Source of the DNA: Rhynchobatus australiae
Lineage: Eukaryota
Assembly: GCA_034780895.1 (NCBI GenBank)
Contig: JAUZTB010000001.1
Coordinates: 48,813,321-48,877,320 of the forward strand
Reading direction: 5' to 3'
Length of the DNA stretch: 64,000 nucleotides
In this document: positions 25,878 through 39,210 of the stretch, piece after piece
How the letters are laid out: the number at the start of each line of letters is the position of its first letter
Numbering within the stretch: the stretch's first letter is position 1
The notes under the pieces: generated by a model
What the model was told of the DNA's origin: nothing
Seen by the model: the letters and a program-made list of their open reading frames with translations, nothing else
The model's database searches: none
Position numbers and translations under genes: made by a program

Positions 25878-26853
25878 AGAACATAGAACAGTACAGCACA
25901 GGAACAGGCCCTTTGGCCCATAATGTTGTGCCGAACCAATTACATTGGTAATAAAATGCCCAACTAAACTAATCCCTTCTGCCTCCATAATGTCCATATC
26001 CTACCATTTCCCTCACATTCATGTGCCTTAGAGCTTCTTGAACACCTCTATCGTATTTGCCTCTGCCACCACCCCAGGCAGTGCATTCCAGGAACCCACC
26101 AATCTCTATGTAAAGAAAAAACTTGCCTTACACATCTCCTTTGAACTTGCCCCCTATCACCTTAAAAGCATGTCCTCTGGTATTAGACATTTCAACACTG
26201 GGGAAAAGATACTGGCTGTCTATCTCTGCCTCTCATAATCTTATAAACCTCAGTTAGATCTCCCCTCAGCCTCTGCTGCTCAGGAGAGAGAACAACCCAA
26301 GTTTGTCCAACCTATCCTCATAGCACATGCCCTCTAATACAGACAGCTTCTTAGTAAACCTCTTCTGCACCCTCTCCAAAGCCGTGACATCCTTCCTATA
26401 ATGGGGTGACCAGAACTGAATGCAATACTCCAGATGCGACCTAACTAGAGATTTATAAAGCTGCAGCATAGCTTCTTGACTCTTGAACTCAATGCCTTGA
26501 TTGATGAAGGCAAGCATGCCATATGCCTTTACCGCCTTATCAACCAGTGGAGCCACTTTCAGGGAGCTATGAACTTGGACCCCAAGATCCTTCTGCTCAG
26601 CAAAACTGTTTAGGGTCTTGCCATCAACAATGTACAATCTCTTTACATTTGATCTCCCAAAGTGCAACATTTCACATTTGGCTGGGTTGAACTCCATCTG
26701 CCATTTCTCCGCTCATATCTACAACTGATCTTATATCCTGCTGTATCCTTTACCAGTCTTCTATGCTATCCACACCACCAATCTTTGTATCATCTGCGAA
26801 CTTACTAACCCACCCATCTACATTTTCATCCAGGTCATTTATATACATCACAA
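25878..26853 (-). mobile_element. Well-preserved CR1 LINE 3' portion (runs into a gap)
   Basis: ORFs 26266-26697 and 26750-27190 encode YINDLD..SKFADDTKIGG, MEFNPAKC and ERVQKRFTK; tagaac tail. Confidence 0.93.
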
Positions 26854-27469
26854 NNNNNNNNNNNNNNNNNNNNNNNNNNNNNNNNNNNNNNNNNNNNNNN
26901 NNNNNNNNNNNNNNNNNNNNNNNNNNNNNNNNNNNNNNNNNNNNNNNNNNNNNNNNNNNNNNNNNNNNNNNNNNNNNNNNNNNNNNNNNNNNNNNNNNNN
27001 NNNNNNNNNNNNNNNNNNNNNNNNNNNNNNNNNNNNNNNNNNNNNNNNNNNNNNNNNNNNNNNNNNNNNNNNNNNNNNNNNNNNNNNNNNNNNNNNNNNN
27101 NNNNNNNNNNNNNNNNNNNNNNNNNNNNNNNNNNNNNNNNNNNNNNNNNNNNNNNNNNNNNNNNNNNNNNNNNNNNNATGCTGCCACCACTTGGCTGAAA
27201 TGATGAAGTATGCTAGACTACTAGGAAAGTCACGGGTTGTAAGGAAATCGTAAGTCCATGCTGAAAATTGTTTTTATTGTTTAATATTATCCCTTTTTAA
27301 CACAATTTTAATTTTATACTTTGACCTAAAAATTAAACAGATTTGCAACCATGTTATGGAAAAACACTACAGTTTTGACATTGATATATCATTTTGTAAT
27401 AATTGAAGAATGCAGTAAATGTCTTGACGTGTATGACTGATTTTGAAATGGGATTTAGATATCCTTTCA

Positions 27470-30400
27470 ACTCAGTCATAGGGTACTGAAACTGGCTCTT
27501 TGGCCCAATTAGTCCATGCCAAACCAAGGTGCCTTCCTGAGCTAATACCATTTGCCCGCATTTGTCCAGTATCTCTCTAAACCTTTCCTATCCGTGAAAT
27601 TGTCCAAAAGTCTTTTAAACATTTAAATTGTACCTGCCTCTACAGTTTTGTCTGGCAGCTCATTCCATATACCCACCACCCTCTGTGTGGAAAAACTTGC
27701 CCCTTCAGGTCCCCTTTAAACTTTTCACCTTTCACCTTAAACCCATGCCCTCTAGTTTTAGACTACCCTAAAGACTGTAACCTCCACCTTATCTCTGTCC
27801 CTGGTTATTTCATAAATCTCTATTAGTTCACCCCTCAGCCTCCTTCGAACTAGGTAAAACCAGAACCAGTCTATCCAATCTCTCCTTGTAACTCAAGCCC
27901 TCCAGTCCTGGCAACATTCTTGTGAAACCTCTCTGCACTCTCTCAAGCTTAATCATATCCTTTCTATAATATGGCGACCAGAATGGTACACAATGCTCCA
28001 AGTGCGGTCCAACCAACGTTTTGTACAACTGTAACATGATGTTCCAACTCTTTTGTACTCAATATCTCCTCTGCTAAAAACAAACATGCTGTATGCTACC
28101 TTCACTATCTTGTCTACCTCTATCACCAGTTCCAAGCAACTATGTACTTGCACCCTTAGGTTTCTGTTGTACAACACTCCCCAGGGCCTGGTCATTCACT
28201 GTGTAGGCCCTGCCCTGATTTAGCTTCCCAAAATGCATCACATCACACTTGTCTGAGTAAAATTCCATCTGCCATACCTTTGCTCACTTTCCTAGTTGAT
28301 CTCGATCCTGTTGTAACCTTAGAACACCTTTACTGTCCACCACATCACCAATCTTTGCATCACCTGCAGACCTAATCATGCCACGTACATTCTCATCCAA
28401 ATCGTCATAAATATAAAAAGCAATAGGGCATCCAGCACCAATCCCTGCGGCACACCACTGGTCACAGGCCTCCACTCTGGAAAACAACTATCCTCTACCA
28501 CCCTCAGACTGCTTCCACCAAGCCAATTTTGTACCCAATCAGCTGGCTCATCCTGCATCCCATCCGATTTCCCCTTCTGGACCAGGCTACTATTGCAATA
28601 TCTTGTCAAAAGCCTTACTGAAGTTTTCATAGATGATGTCTACTGCCCGGCCCTCGTCGGTGCTCTTGGTCTTCAAAGCACTAAATCAAATTTGTGAGGT
28701 ACAATTTCCCATAGACAAAGCCATGCTGACTATTCCTAATTAGTCTTTGCCTTTTGAAATGAAGATAGATTCTGTCTGTCAGAATCCCCTCCAGTAATTT
28801 ACCCACCGCTGCGCTGATGTTAGGCTCACTGACTGGCCTATGGTTCCCTGGCTTGTACTTGCAGCCATTAAATAAAGGCACAACATGATCTGGATGACAG
28901 AATCGATGGCTTTGTGGCCAAGTTTGCGGATGATACAAAGATAGGTGGAGGGGCAGGTAGTGCTGAGGAAGCAGGGAGTCTGCAGAAGGACTTGGANNNN
29001 NNNNNNNNNNNNNNNNNNNNNNNNNNNNNNNNNNNNNNNNNNNNNNNNNNNNNNNNNNNNNNNNNNNNNNNNNNNNNNNNNNNNNNNNNNNNNNNNNNNN
29101 NNNNNNNNNNNNNNNNNNNNNNNNNNNNNNNNNNNNNNNNNNNNNNNNNNNNNNNNNNNNNNNNNNNNNNNNNNNNNNNNNNNNNNNNNNNNNNNNNNNN
29201 NNNNNNNNNNNNNNNNNNNNNNNNNNNNNNNNNNNNNNNNNNNNNNNNNNNNNNNNNNNNNNNNNNNNNNNNNNNNNNNNNNNNNNNNNNNNNNNNNNNN
29301 NNNNNNNNNNNNNNNNNNNNNNNNNNNNNNNNNNNNNNNNNNNNNNNNNNNNNNNNNNNNNNNNNNNNNNNNNNNNNNNNNNNNNNNNNNNNNNNNNNNN
29401 NNNNNNNNNNNNNNNNNNNNNNNNNNNNNNNNNNNNNNNNNNNNNNNNNNNNNNNNNNNNNNNNNNNNNNNNNNNNNNNNNNNNNNNNNNNNNNNNNNNN
29501 NNNNNNNNNNNNNNNNNNNNNNNNNNNNNNNNNNNNNNNNNNNNNNNNNNNNNTGATAGGTTCTTGAATAGTAAGGGCATCAAAGGTTACGGGAAGGAGG
29601 CAGAAGAATGGGATTGAGAGGGGAAAAATAAATCAGCCATGATTGAATAGGCTGCAGACTCGATGGGCTGAATGACCTAATCCTGCTCCTGCATCTTATT
29701 ATCTTAACATTAGTCACCCTCCAGTCTTCTGGTACCTCACTTATGACTAAGGAAAATACAAACATCTCTGCCAGCACCCCAGCAATTTCTTTCCTTGTTT
29801 TCCACAATGTCCAAAGTTGCACTTGGTCAGGCCCCCAGGATTTATCCATCTTTATGCACCTCAAGACCTCCAATAGCTCACTATATTGATATGTTTCAGG
29901 ACATTGGTGGTGTTTTCACTAAATTTACTGGCTTCCATGAGCTTCTCCACAGTAAATACAAATGAAAAGTATTTATTTAGGACCCCGCCAGTCTCCTGTG
30001 GCTCCACACATAGACAACCACGCTATTCCTTTTGAAGACCTATTCTTTATCTAGTTACCCTTTTGATCTTAATATACTTATAGAATATCTTAGGATTCTC
30101 CTTGCTTTGTCTGCTAAGGATTTTTGCCCTCCTGATTTCTTCTTATGTGGACTCCAACATCCCTTGTACTCCTCAAGGGATTTGCTTGATCCTCAGCTGC
30201 CTGTATCTGACATTTGCTGCCTTTTTCCTGACTAGAGCCTCAATATTCCTCATCAGCCAGGGTTCCCTAATCCTTCCAGAGATGTCCTTCACTCAAACAG
30301 GAACATGTTGGCTCTGAACTCTCCCTGTCTCGCTATTAAAAGCCTCCCACTTGCCAGACATTCCTTTACCTGCCAACCGCTGCTCCCAATCAATCTTTGA

Positions 30401-30855
30401 AAGTTCCAGTCTAATGCCGTCAAACTTGGTCTTGCCCTTATTTGGGACTTAAGTGGTCCATAACTATTTTAAAACCAATGGAATTATGGTCACTGGTCCT
30501 AAGGTGCTCCCCAACTGACACTTCAGCCAATTGCTTAGCCTCATTCTGCCAAAGGAGGTCAAGTGTTGCCTGCTTTCCAGTGNNNNNNNNNNNNNNNNNN
30601 NNNNNNNNNNNNNNNNNNNNNNNNNNNNNNNNNNNNNNNNNNNNNNNNNNNNNNNNNNNNNNNNNNNNNNNNNNNNNNNNNNGCTTTCCAGTGGGGTTAT
30701 TGACATATTGCTTGAGAAACCTTTCCTGGACACAATTAACAAATTCTGCCCCATCTAATCCCTTGGCATTATGGTAGTCCCAGTAAATATTAGGGAAGTT
30801 AAAATTGCCTACTATTACAACCATATTTTCCTACCACTATTTGCAATCTCCTACA
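27470..30855 (-). mobile_element. Long CR1 LINE (endonuclease to 3'UTR) hosting nested insertions
   Basis: GNFNFPNI..SDHNSI endonuclease (ORF 30438-30824), then PEDWRVTNV, SQHGF, VTSGVPQG and MLQLYKTLVGPHLEHC, then the 3'UTR. Confidence 0.92.
28887..29705 (+). mobile_element. CR1 LINE (different subfamily) nested antisense in the host CR1
   Basis: Encodes AKFADDTKIGGGAGS..LQKDL; 3'UTR ends in cttattatctt. Flanked by aacat at 28882-28886 and 29706-29710. Confidence 0.88.
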
Positions 30856-31149
30856 TAATTGATTGTTAAGCTTTTTAATCTCCATAGGTAAGTAATCCTC
30901 ATGTTACTGGAACATTCTAAAGAAACTAACTGGCCTAAATTAGTGGGTGCAACCAACTAAAGCTGTATTATCAGTGGTGAATAAACCCCAACTCAGTTCC
31001 CTTGCTGTACTGCTTACTTGATAGACGTTGGCAGCTTTGAAGCTTCAACTCAATTGTTTTGGTTGGGAGCTTTTATGTGATTGACTTGTCTGCCCTCCAC
31101 CCTGAAATAGAGCACTTTATACAATTCTGAATTCCTGTAGCTCTCAGGA

Positions 31150-31330
31150 AAACGGGCCCAGTTTGTGTGAGAATCTAAAATCTAGTGTGTGTCATGAGCA
31201 TTATCACAGCTAAGGCTAATTATTCATACTCATGTTCCTGCAGGAGTAACTACTGAGTGAGTAAGAATGCAAGTCCTGGCATTTTTTCCCCTAACTCAGA
31301 GACACCGAGGCTTTTGTGGCATTCCATTGC
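31150..31330 (-). mobile_element. Ancient SINE-like fragment
   Basis: Loose reverse similarity to 34425-34720. Confidence 0.35.
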
Positions 31331-31743
31331 TGTGACTGAGTTGTACGTGTTCTGCCCACAGTGGGTACCAACGTGTTGACTTACTTTCCCTGGAAGAATC
31401 CAGAGGAAGATGGAACAATCTTTCAGTTAGAAATANNNNNNNNNNNNNNNNNNNNNNNNNNNNNNNNNNNNNNNNNNNNNNNNNNNNNNNNNNNNNNNNN
31501 NNNNNNNNNNNNNNNNNNNNNNNNNNNNNNNNNNNNNNNNNNNNNNNNNNNNNNNNNNNNNNNNNNNNNNNNNNNNNNNNNNNNNNNNNNNNNNNNNNNN
31601 NNNNNNNNNNNNNNNNNNNNNNNNNNNNNNNNNNNNNNNNNNNNNNNNNNNNNNNNNNNNNNNNNNNNNNNNNNNNNNNNNNNNNNNNNNNNNNNNNNNN
31701 NNNNNNNNNNNNNNNNNNNNNNNNNNNNNNNNNNNNNNNNNNN

Positions 31744-32295
31744 TGGAATATTGTGTTCAGGCCTGGCCTCCCAACATAAGGAAAGATATAGTTGCAGTTG
31801 AAGAGTGTAACAAAGATTCACTGGCGGGGTGGGTGGGGGTGTTTTGGTGGTGAAGGGCTGTGCTCTGAAGGGAGATCAAGCAGACTTGGGCTTAGTCTCT
31901 TTAGAAGAAGGAGAGGTGAAGAGGTGACTGCAATGAAACTTTCAAAATTCATATGGGTTTTGACAGGCTAGATACTCAGATGATGTTTCCCCAGGCTGAG
32001 GTATCTGGAACCAAGGGTCATAATCTCAGAATAAGGGGTCAGCCATTCAAGGCAGCAATGAAAAGATATTTCTTCACCTAGAGCAAGGGTGACTCTTTAG
32101 AATGCTCCATCCGAGAGGGCTGTGGAGGCTTGGTCCTTGAGTATATTCAAGGCAGAGATTGATTGACATTTTAGATATTAATGGAATTGAGGGGTATGGT
32201 GTTAAGGCAGGGAGGTGGTACTCAGGCAAAAGATCAGACATGATCTTATTCAATAATGGAGCAGGCATGACAGGTCGAATGTTTCCTATGTTCCC
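31744..32295 (+). mobile_element. CR1 3' fragment
   Basis: EYCVQAWPP..RKDI, TKGHNLRIRG, then a CR1 3'UTR. Confidence 0.8.
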
Positions 32296-32574
32296 AAAAT
32301 TTTTTTTGATTGGACAGATAGTTGATTTCTTATTTGCAACTTATCAGCTGAAGTAAATTTAGGAATGCCAGTTTACAGTTTCTGCAGGGCTATGCTGGTT
32401 TTTCCAGTACAATTCCCCAAAGCCTGATGAACCTGCAGCAAGGAATTTCAAGAACCCTGGTGATTTTGGCACAGATCTAACTTGCAAGCTCTTTTGCACT
32501 TATTTAAGAAATATTGCGTGGAAGTTGGTCCTCATCACAAGCTGGTGAGATCCTCTGATTGAATCAATCATTGT

Positions 32575-32660
32575 AAAAGGCCATTGACCTGAAAGGTAAA
32601 TTCTGTCTCACCTGCCACAAATATTGAATGATCTGCTGAACATCTCCACCATTCTCTTTT
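32575..32660 (+). mobile_element. Degenerate Penelope terminal repeat
   Basis: gacctgaaaggtaaattctgtctc..ccacaaata..gatctgctgaacatctccaccatt. Confidence 0.5.
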
Positions 32661-33959
32661 AATCACTTGAATAAAGGCAGGTGTCTGAGAATACTGACCG
32701 TAGCTTGCAAGTAGAGTGTTGTGGTCATTCAAGTATTAAATTTTCAAAAGGATTATTTAATTGGGTACTCACACCCTTATTTGAACACACAATGTGCCTA
32801 ACATTAATTTCAGGCATAGGCCCTACACACCTATGCATTAGCCTTTACCAAAATGGAGGGTAGCCCACTTTCAACAGGGAATGAGCACATGTATGCTGAT
32901 ATCTAGCCACCTGCTGTATGCCTGCAAACTGGGCAGAGTGCCAAAAGAATTTCTAGGTTGTACTCTTTTTACACAAACAATTTTAGTGAAATCTANNNNN
33001 NNNNNNNNNNNNNNNNNNNNNNNNNNNNNNNNNNNNNNNNNNNNNNNNNNNNNNNNNNNNNNNNNNNNNNNNNNNNNNNNNNNNNNNNNNNNNNNNNNNN
33101 NNNNNNNNNNNNNNNNNNNNNNNNNNNNNNNNNNNNNNNNNNNNNNNNNNNNNNNNNNNNNNNNNNNNNNNNNNNNNNNNNNNNNNNNNNNNNNNNNNNN
33201 NNNNNNNNNNNNNNNNNNNNNNNNNNNNNNNNNNNNNNNNNNNNNNNNNNNNNNNNNNNNNNNNNNNNNNNNNNNNNNNNNNNNNNNNNNNNNNNNNNNN
33301 NNNNNNNNNNNNNNNNNNNNNNNNNNNNNNNNNNNNNNNNNNNNNNNNNNNNNNNNNNNNNNNNNNNNNNNNNNNNNNNNNNNNNNNNNNNNNNNNNNNN
33401 NNNNNNNNNNNNNNNNNNNNNNNNNNNNNNNNNNNNNNNNNNNNNNNNNNNNNNNNNNNNNNNNNNNNNNNNNNNNNNNNNNNNNNNNNNNNNNNNNNNN
33501 NNNNNNNNNNNNNNNNNNNNNNNNNNNNNNNNNNNNNNNNNNNNNNNNNNNNNNNNNNNNNNNNNNNNNNNNNNNNNNNNNNNNNNNNNNNNNNNNNNNN
33601 NNNNNNNNNNNNNNNNNNNNNNNNNNNNNNNNNNNNNNNNNNNNNNNNNNNNNNNNNNNNNNNNNNNNNNNNNNNNNNNNNNNNNNNNNNNNNNNNNNNN
33701 NNNNNNNNNNNNNNNNNNNNNNNNNNNNNNNNNNNNNNNNNNNNNNNNNNNNNNNNNNNNNNNNNNNNNNNNNNNNNNNNNNNNNNNNNNNNNNNNNNNN
33801 NNNNNNNNNNNNNNNNNNNNNNNNNNNNNNNNNNNNNNNNNNNNNNNNNNNNNNNNNNNNNNNNNNNNNNNNNNNNNNNNNNNNNNNNNNNNNNNNNNNN
33901 NNNNNNNNNNNNNNNNNCCCCTACCGATTCTAAGCATCTTTTGAAGAAACGGTGCAAGA

Positions 33960-34247
33960 TTTTATGTAAATCAGAAAACCTACAGATGCTGGAAATCTGA
34001 AACAAAAACAGATACCGATGGAAGCACTCTGCAGGTCAAGCACAATATATGGAAAGAGAAATAGAATTAACATTTCAGATCAAGAACCTATTATCAGAAC
34101 TGGGAAAGAATGACCACAAATTAGAATGTTAATTCAGTTCCCTCTTTCTCAGTCTGACAAAGGGTCTTTGATCTGAAACATTAACTCTGTTTCTCTTTCC
34201 ACAGATGCCACCTGACCTGCTTCATGTTTTCAGCATTATCTGTTTCT
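33960..34247. mobile_element. Fold-back Penelope terminal-repeat insertion with 8-bp TSD
   Basis: Inverted arms at about 34005-34108 and 34143-34247. gtgcaaga occurs at 33952-33959 and 34248-34255. Confidence 0.8.
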
Positions 34248-34424
34248 GTGCAAGACTATATTTTGTAAAACTACAACCCAATGTACAAAAATACATCCAA
34301 CCGCCTATATATTTTTACTTTGAGTGTTAGACTCTGCGTGGAGGAAACCTGGGACAGACTGTTTTATAGCAGTTGATCCTCCTCAGTTTGCACAGCCAAA
34401 CATTAGCTGTGACTTCCAGGCCAA

Positions 34425-34720
34425 TGGAGTCCCAGGTTCAATCCCTGGCTTCTATCAGTCAGTTGATCTGACCAAGTGTTGGTGCTATGCTGCACTTGAC
34501 CTCTTTCACAGGTTATAATGGAAAAAACTGACCAGTTTTACAGCTTCTCAGCATTTTTCATTGTCAGCCATTGCAACGGCATAAATGTTCCTGTCGAGAT
34601 GACAGCGGAAATCAAGCATTGATTTGGTGCTCTGCAAGATTGAATGACTCATGAATACTCATCGTCTTGCCCATATGTGCAGAATTGCCATGCAGTTTGG
34701 GCATGCCAGTGAACCGTCTC
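34425..34720 (+). mobile_element. Ancient tRNA-derived SINE-like element
   Basis: B-box-like gtcccaggttcaatccctgg head followed by a degenerate body. Confidence 0.4.
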
Positions 34721-35496
34721 CCCACTTGAACCAGCATTTACATGAGAGGGTTTAAAAAATGGGGAACTGCATGATTAGTGAATGGTGAACAGCATATCCA
34801 AATATCTCTCTCATAAGCAAAGAAGGTTTAAAGGGACATTCACTGTAGTATATGTTAGTAATATGGAGAAAGCCGAGTGAGACTGTAAAGATGAGAGATT
34901 GAAGGGAAGTGATGATTATCAGGCGACAGGCTATTCTAGAAGATAATGTGGGCATAAGTGCACCACTTCTTGGCTCTACAGTGATGAGGGTTACTGAAGG
35001 GGAAAAGAGGTACAAAATAGAAAACCAAGCCTCTGGAGCAGCTTTCATGTGTAGGAAATAGATTATCATTTAGATTTAAAGAGCTATTCATCCCTGGAAT
35101 GTTGAAATGGAATGTGCTGCAATCAAGTGTAAGAAACAATGGCTTAGGTTCAACTAATTTCATTTAACTGAGGAATCTATGGAAGGCTTGTTCTGGCTGA
35201 GGAAAAAAATCAGATGCTTTAAATTTTTGACTGTTACTCATTAACAATTTTTCAAGCAGAAAACCAACTTAAACTGTACCTAAAGTGCATATGTGAATAT
35301 CAAACTAGAAACAGAGCAGAATAATTAATAGATCTTAGCCCAGCTGGATGAAACCAATTTTATTCTGGTTTGTGCAGTGCATTCACCTTTGCTATTGCAA
35401 ATTCTCCAGTTGCAGTTTCCATTTCCAGCTCTTGTTCTGTGCATGTACTCATTCNNNNNNNNNNNNNNNNNNNNNNNNNNNNNNNNTACTTTTCAG

Positions 35497-35582
35497 AACG
35501 TTTTACAAGAGCCAGCAGTTCCCATTCTGATAGTCGTGGGTTTGCAGAAGATCCATCCTCTGACGTGACTGGACTGTCGCAG
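35497..35582 (+). CDS. ITPRID2: ITPRID2 coding exon (ERFTRASSSHSDSRGFAEDPSSDVTGLSQ)
   Basis: Acceptor ttttcag|, donor CAG|gtaaaa; phase 1-0 fits both neighbours. Carries the HSDSxGFAED motif. Confidence 0.88.
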
Positions 35583-37983
35583 GTAAAAAATTTTTACTTT
35601 ATTATGACAAAATTATACATGTGAAAAGTTGCTTGGAATTTAGAGGGTGGGAAAATGACAAAGTCTGGGGGGGGGGGAAGCTACAGATTTGATCTTCAAT
35701 CTTCAGGTGCACATTTCAGTGGGCAGGTCTTTACTGAAGCACTCGGGTCTCACACTTGTTCTTTGCTAAGTACTTAGTGGAAAGATTGTTCTTTGAACCA
35801 CCTCAGCAGATATGGCTTTCTGTTCTCCCATCACTCTTCTCAGCTCATCCTGTTCTGTATGTCCTCTACTCATTCCAGTTGAATCCAAGGATTCAGTTAT
35901 AGCAACCTTGCATGCACATGGTAGGTTTGTGGAAAAATATTGTAGTCCAGAAAATGTTCTTTATTGTTGCCACACCACTTCCTGTAGAATTTGCAACTTG
36001 AAATAACTATAAACAGCCTGATGAAGTAATCAAAAAGCCAATTAAGTAAGTTCATGGGGGACCTTTCAGTGGCTGAATTCCTTTTAACAATGGAAGGTTG
36101 GAAGACTGCATTAGCTGGAGCATTAAGTTCTGGACTGGTAGCTCTGGCNNNNNNNNNNNNNNNNNNNNNNNNNNNNNNNNNNNNNNNNNNNNNNNNNNNN
36201 NNNNNNNNNNNNNNNNNNNNNNNNNNNNNNNNNNNNNNNNNNNNNNNNGGCATTAAGTGAGCTGCTGGATGCCAAAATCTGCTTGCTCTACATATTTCTA
36301 GCAACCTGCTCTCCATGCATTTGAATGTTTTCAGCAACATACCCCACAAATTTGTGCATGTGCACAGACACTATTTTAGACCCCTGTGGGATCTCCCAGC
36401 AGGTGCTACCAACTCCAATTTCCCCACCTTTTCTTGCCACCATCTGTATATTTCAATGTTATTTTCTTTTGAAATCCCAATTTTTGCTGTATTTTCTTAC
36501 TACATCTGCAACTATTCCATTAATTGCAATTTAAATCATCTTTTACGAATTGCCAATTGAAATTTAAGGGCCTATAGCAAGCAACATGCTTTAGTGAGTT
36601 TACAAAATATGTCCTAATCTACAAGGTGTATCCAGTTTAATTACCCATCTAAATTAGCCTTGCTATGTCAGCGGGTGTCAGATTTCTAATGCATGACTTT
36701 TAAGACCATCTTTAATGTCTAATAAATCTGTTCTAACTGCAATTGAAACGTATATCTGTGGATACTGTTGACCTCTTTGGTGACTGAGACCCAGCAGATG
36801 CTGTAGGTCATATATTCAAGAACTTTAAAAGCTGAGGAGGAGATGCTTGTATTTGTAAAATAATCAACATTGATTTTTAAATTGGACAGCTGTATTCCCT
36901 ATTGCGTCCCTTCTGACTCAGATGTTATGTTGATGCACGTCTGGTGTCATATTCAGATTCAGTGGAGCTTGCATTATTCATTCCTCTTGCTACTTTGCAC
37001 CTAATGTTTTGTTTCTAGGAATCTTGTTCTTTCAATAGATCAGTTGACATGGTGATATTTCTTATTCTGACTACTTACCTATTGTTTCTTATACATATTA
37101 TTTGATGGATAGATATTATTTTGGATTAACAAACTTTTCAGACAACTTGCTGAATTTTTTTTGATTGCTTTATCTCTTCTGTCAGATATTTAAATAGGAA
37201 AGTAAAGACTTGTGCATTAAAATTTCTCTGGCAAAAAACAAATATTTGTAATTTATTTGAAGATCAGCTGATCCAATGAAGAAGTACAACTGTGAATGAG
37301 TGATGACAACTGTTGAGGGTGTTTAGCTGATTGAGGAAAGGCATTAAAGCTTACTGTTGAAGATCAACTTTGAAGGCTTTTCTTAATTTTAGTCTTTTCT
37401 GCATTGCTTGCAACTTATCCGAAGTGAATTTTATTTTGCCCATTGTGTAGCTTTGGTATAACACTCCTCTCTTTCTAAATGACAGAGGTATGTATGCATT
37501 TTTTATTAAACGANNNNNNNNNNNNNNNNNNNNNNNNNNNNNNNNNNNNNNNNNNNNNNNNNNNNNNNNNNNNNNNNNNNNNNNNNNNNNNNNNNNNNNN
37601 NNNNNNNNNNNNNNNNNNNNNNNNNNNNNNNNNNNNNNNNNNNNNNNNNNNNNNNNNNNNNNNNNNNNNNNNNNNNNNNNNNNNNNNNNNNNNNNNNNNN
37701 NNNATGTTGTGCTGACCTTCAAACCACACCTAAGACTATCTAACCCCTTCCTCCCACATATCCCTCTATCTTAAATTCCTTCATATGCTGATCTAACAAT
37801 ATAAAACCATAGAACATTAACAAAATATGTGATTCTTATTTATAATCCTTGCATGTTAAATTTTTTTTTTGCTTTTTCCTGAAAAGAGAATATCTAACAG
37901 GATACAGTCATTTTATTTAAGCTGATTTAATTTTCACCTGAATTATTTGTTTTTCCCCATTTAATCCTTGTGCTCTTTTCAAG

Positions 37984-39210
37984 GGGCCAGACCTGCAAGC
38001 AATGGGAAGCAGTGCTGACAGCTGTGACAGTGAGACCACAGTCACGTCCTTAATTGATGATCTTAAGACTCCTCTGAGTGCTGACCAGAAGTTTTTCACT
38101 CCATTTCAAACGCCAGTGAAAGATATGACCCTGGATCTGAAAGAAACAATTTTAGATCTGAATGTGGAGTTAATTTCTAATACCGCGATTGATTCTCCTG
38201 ATCAACAAGAAACAGTGGAGATGGACAGTGAGGCAACTGCTGGCCTGGATGGTTCCATAGAGTCAGCTGACCAGACGGCTTTGGGTTTTATTGATGGTGA
38301 AGTGAAGCTGGACTCAGAAAGTGACGTGAAGTGTGAAAGTGAGGGAGATGTTCCTACATACTCTATGCATCCTGGAGCTGGACAAAAACAGAAGAGCATA
38401 GACTCTGTGCTCAGTTGGCATCCCAAACCCAATGCTGCTACTTCTGAAAGCATCGACTTTTCCTCTTCTTCATTAGATAAGATTACCACAGTACTCGAGA
38501 GAGCAAAAACACAAACCTATTCTGTCTCCATTGCCTCCGGAAGAGCAAGGCGTCCGGTGACCAAAGCAAATGATCGAATCATGAGAGAAGGGGAGAGGGT
38601 CTCCAAGAATGATACTCTTGCAAAGCTCAAACGATCTTCTTTTCAAAGGTCCAGCTCCCTTCCATCTAAGCTACTCAATCCAGTGCGAGTGATATCATCA
38701 TTGAACGTACAGTTGGCACCAGACAGCAGCACACAACACAGTTCACCAAGTTTCACCTATAGATATTCTGCTCAGAAGGAAGGGGAATTGCCCACTGATG
38801 ATGAAAATGAGCAGTCAATGTGCCGATCAATGCTTTTTATCCCAACCGGGATAACAGAGAAAAGTAGGAAACAGTTCACTTTGAACAAGCAAGATGAAGC
38901 ACCACAACAAAGGTTGGGCTCACAGACACCACCAGTGGCATCACATTTAACGCGGTCTTGCTGTTCCCTTCATACACTCCCTTCAGATTGGCAAGACCAA
39001 CCCCTGTGTAGTCATGCGAGAACCAGGAGTATGTGCAGCATTCCCAACCTCGTGGAAGCTACCTGTGCATCACCTTTGGGATACATGTATCCTCAGAGAC
39101 CAATGGCGCACGCTTATCATCACAGCCCAATAAATCCTCCATCTGCTATTGAATCACAGCTCCGCAGAGTCCTTACTGAGATAAGGAGCACGGTGCAGAA
39201 TCTTTCTCGG
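37984..39210 (+). CDS. ITPRID2: ITPRID2 large coding exon (LQAMGSSADSCDSETTVTSL...TVQNLSR)
   Basis: Lies in ORF 38002-39426. Acceptor ttttcaag|, donor CGG|gtaaag. Motifs MGSSADSCDSETTVTS, RSSSLPS and IESQLRRVL. Confidence 0.93.
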
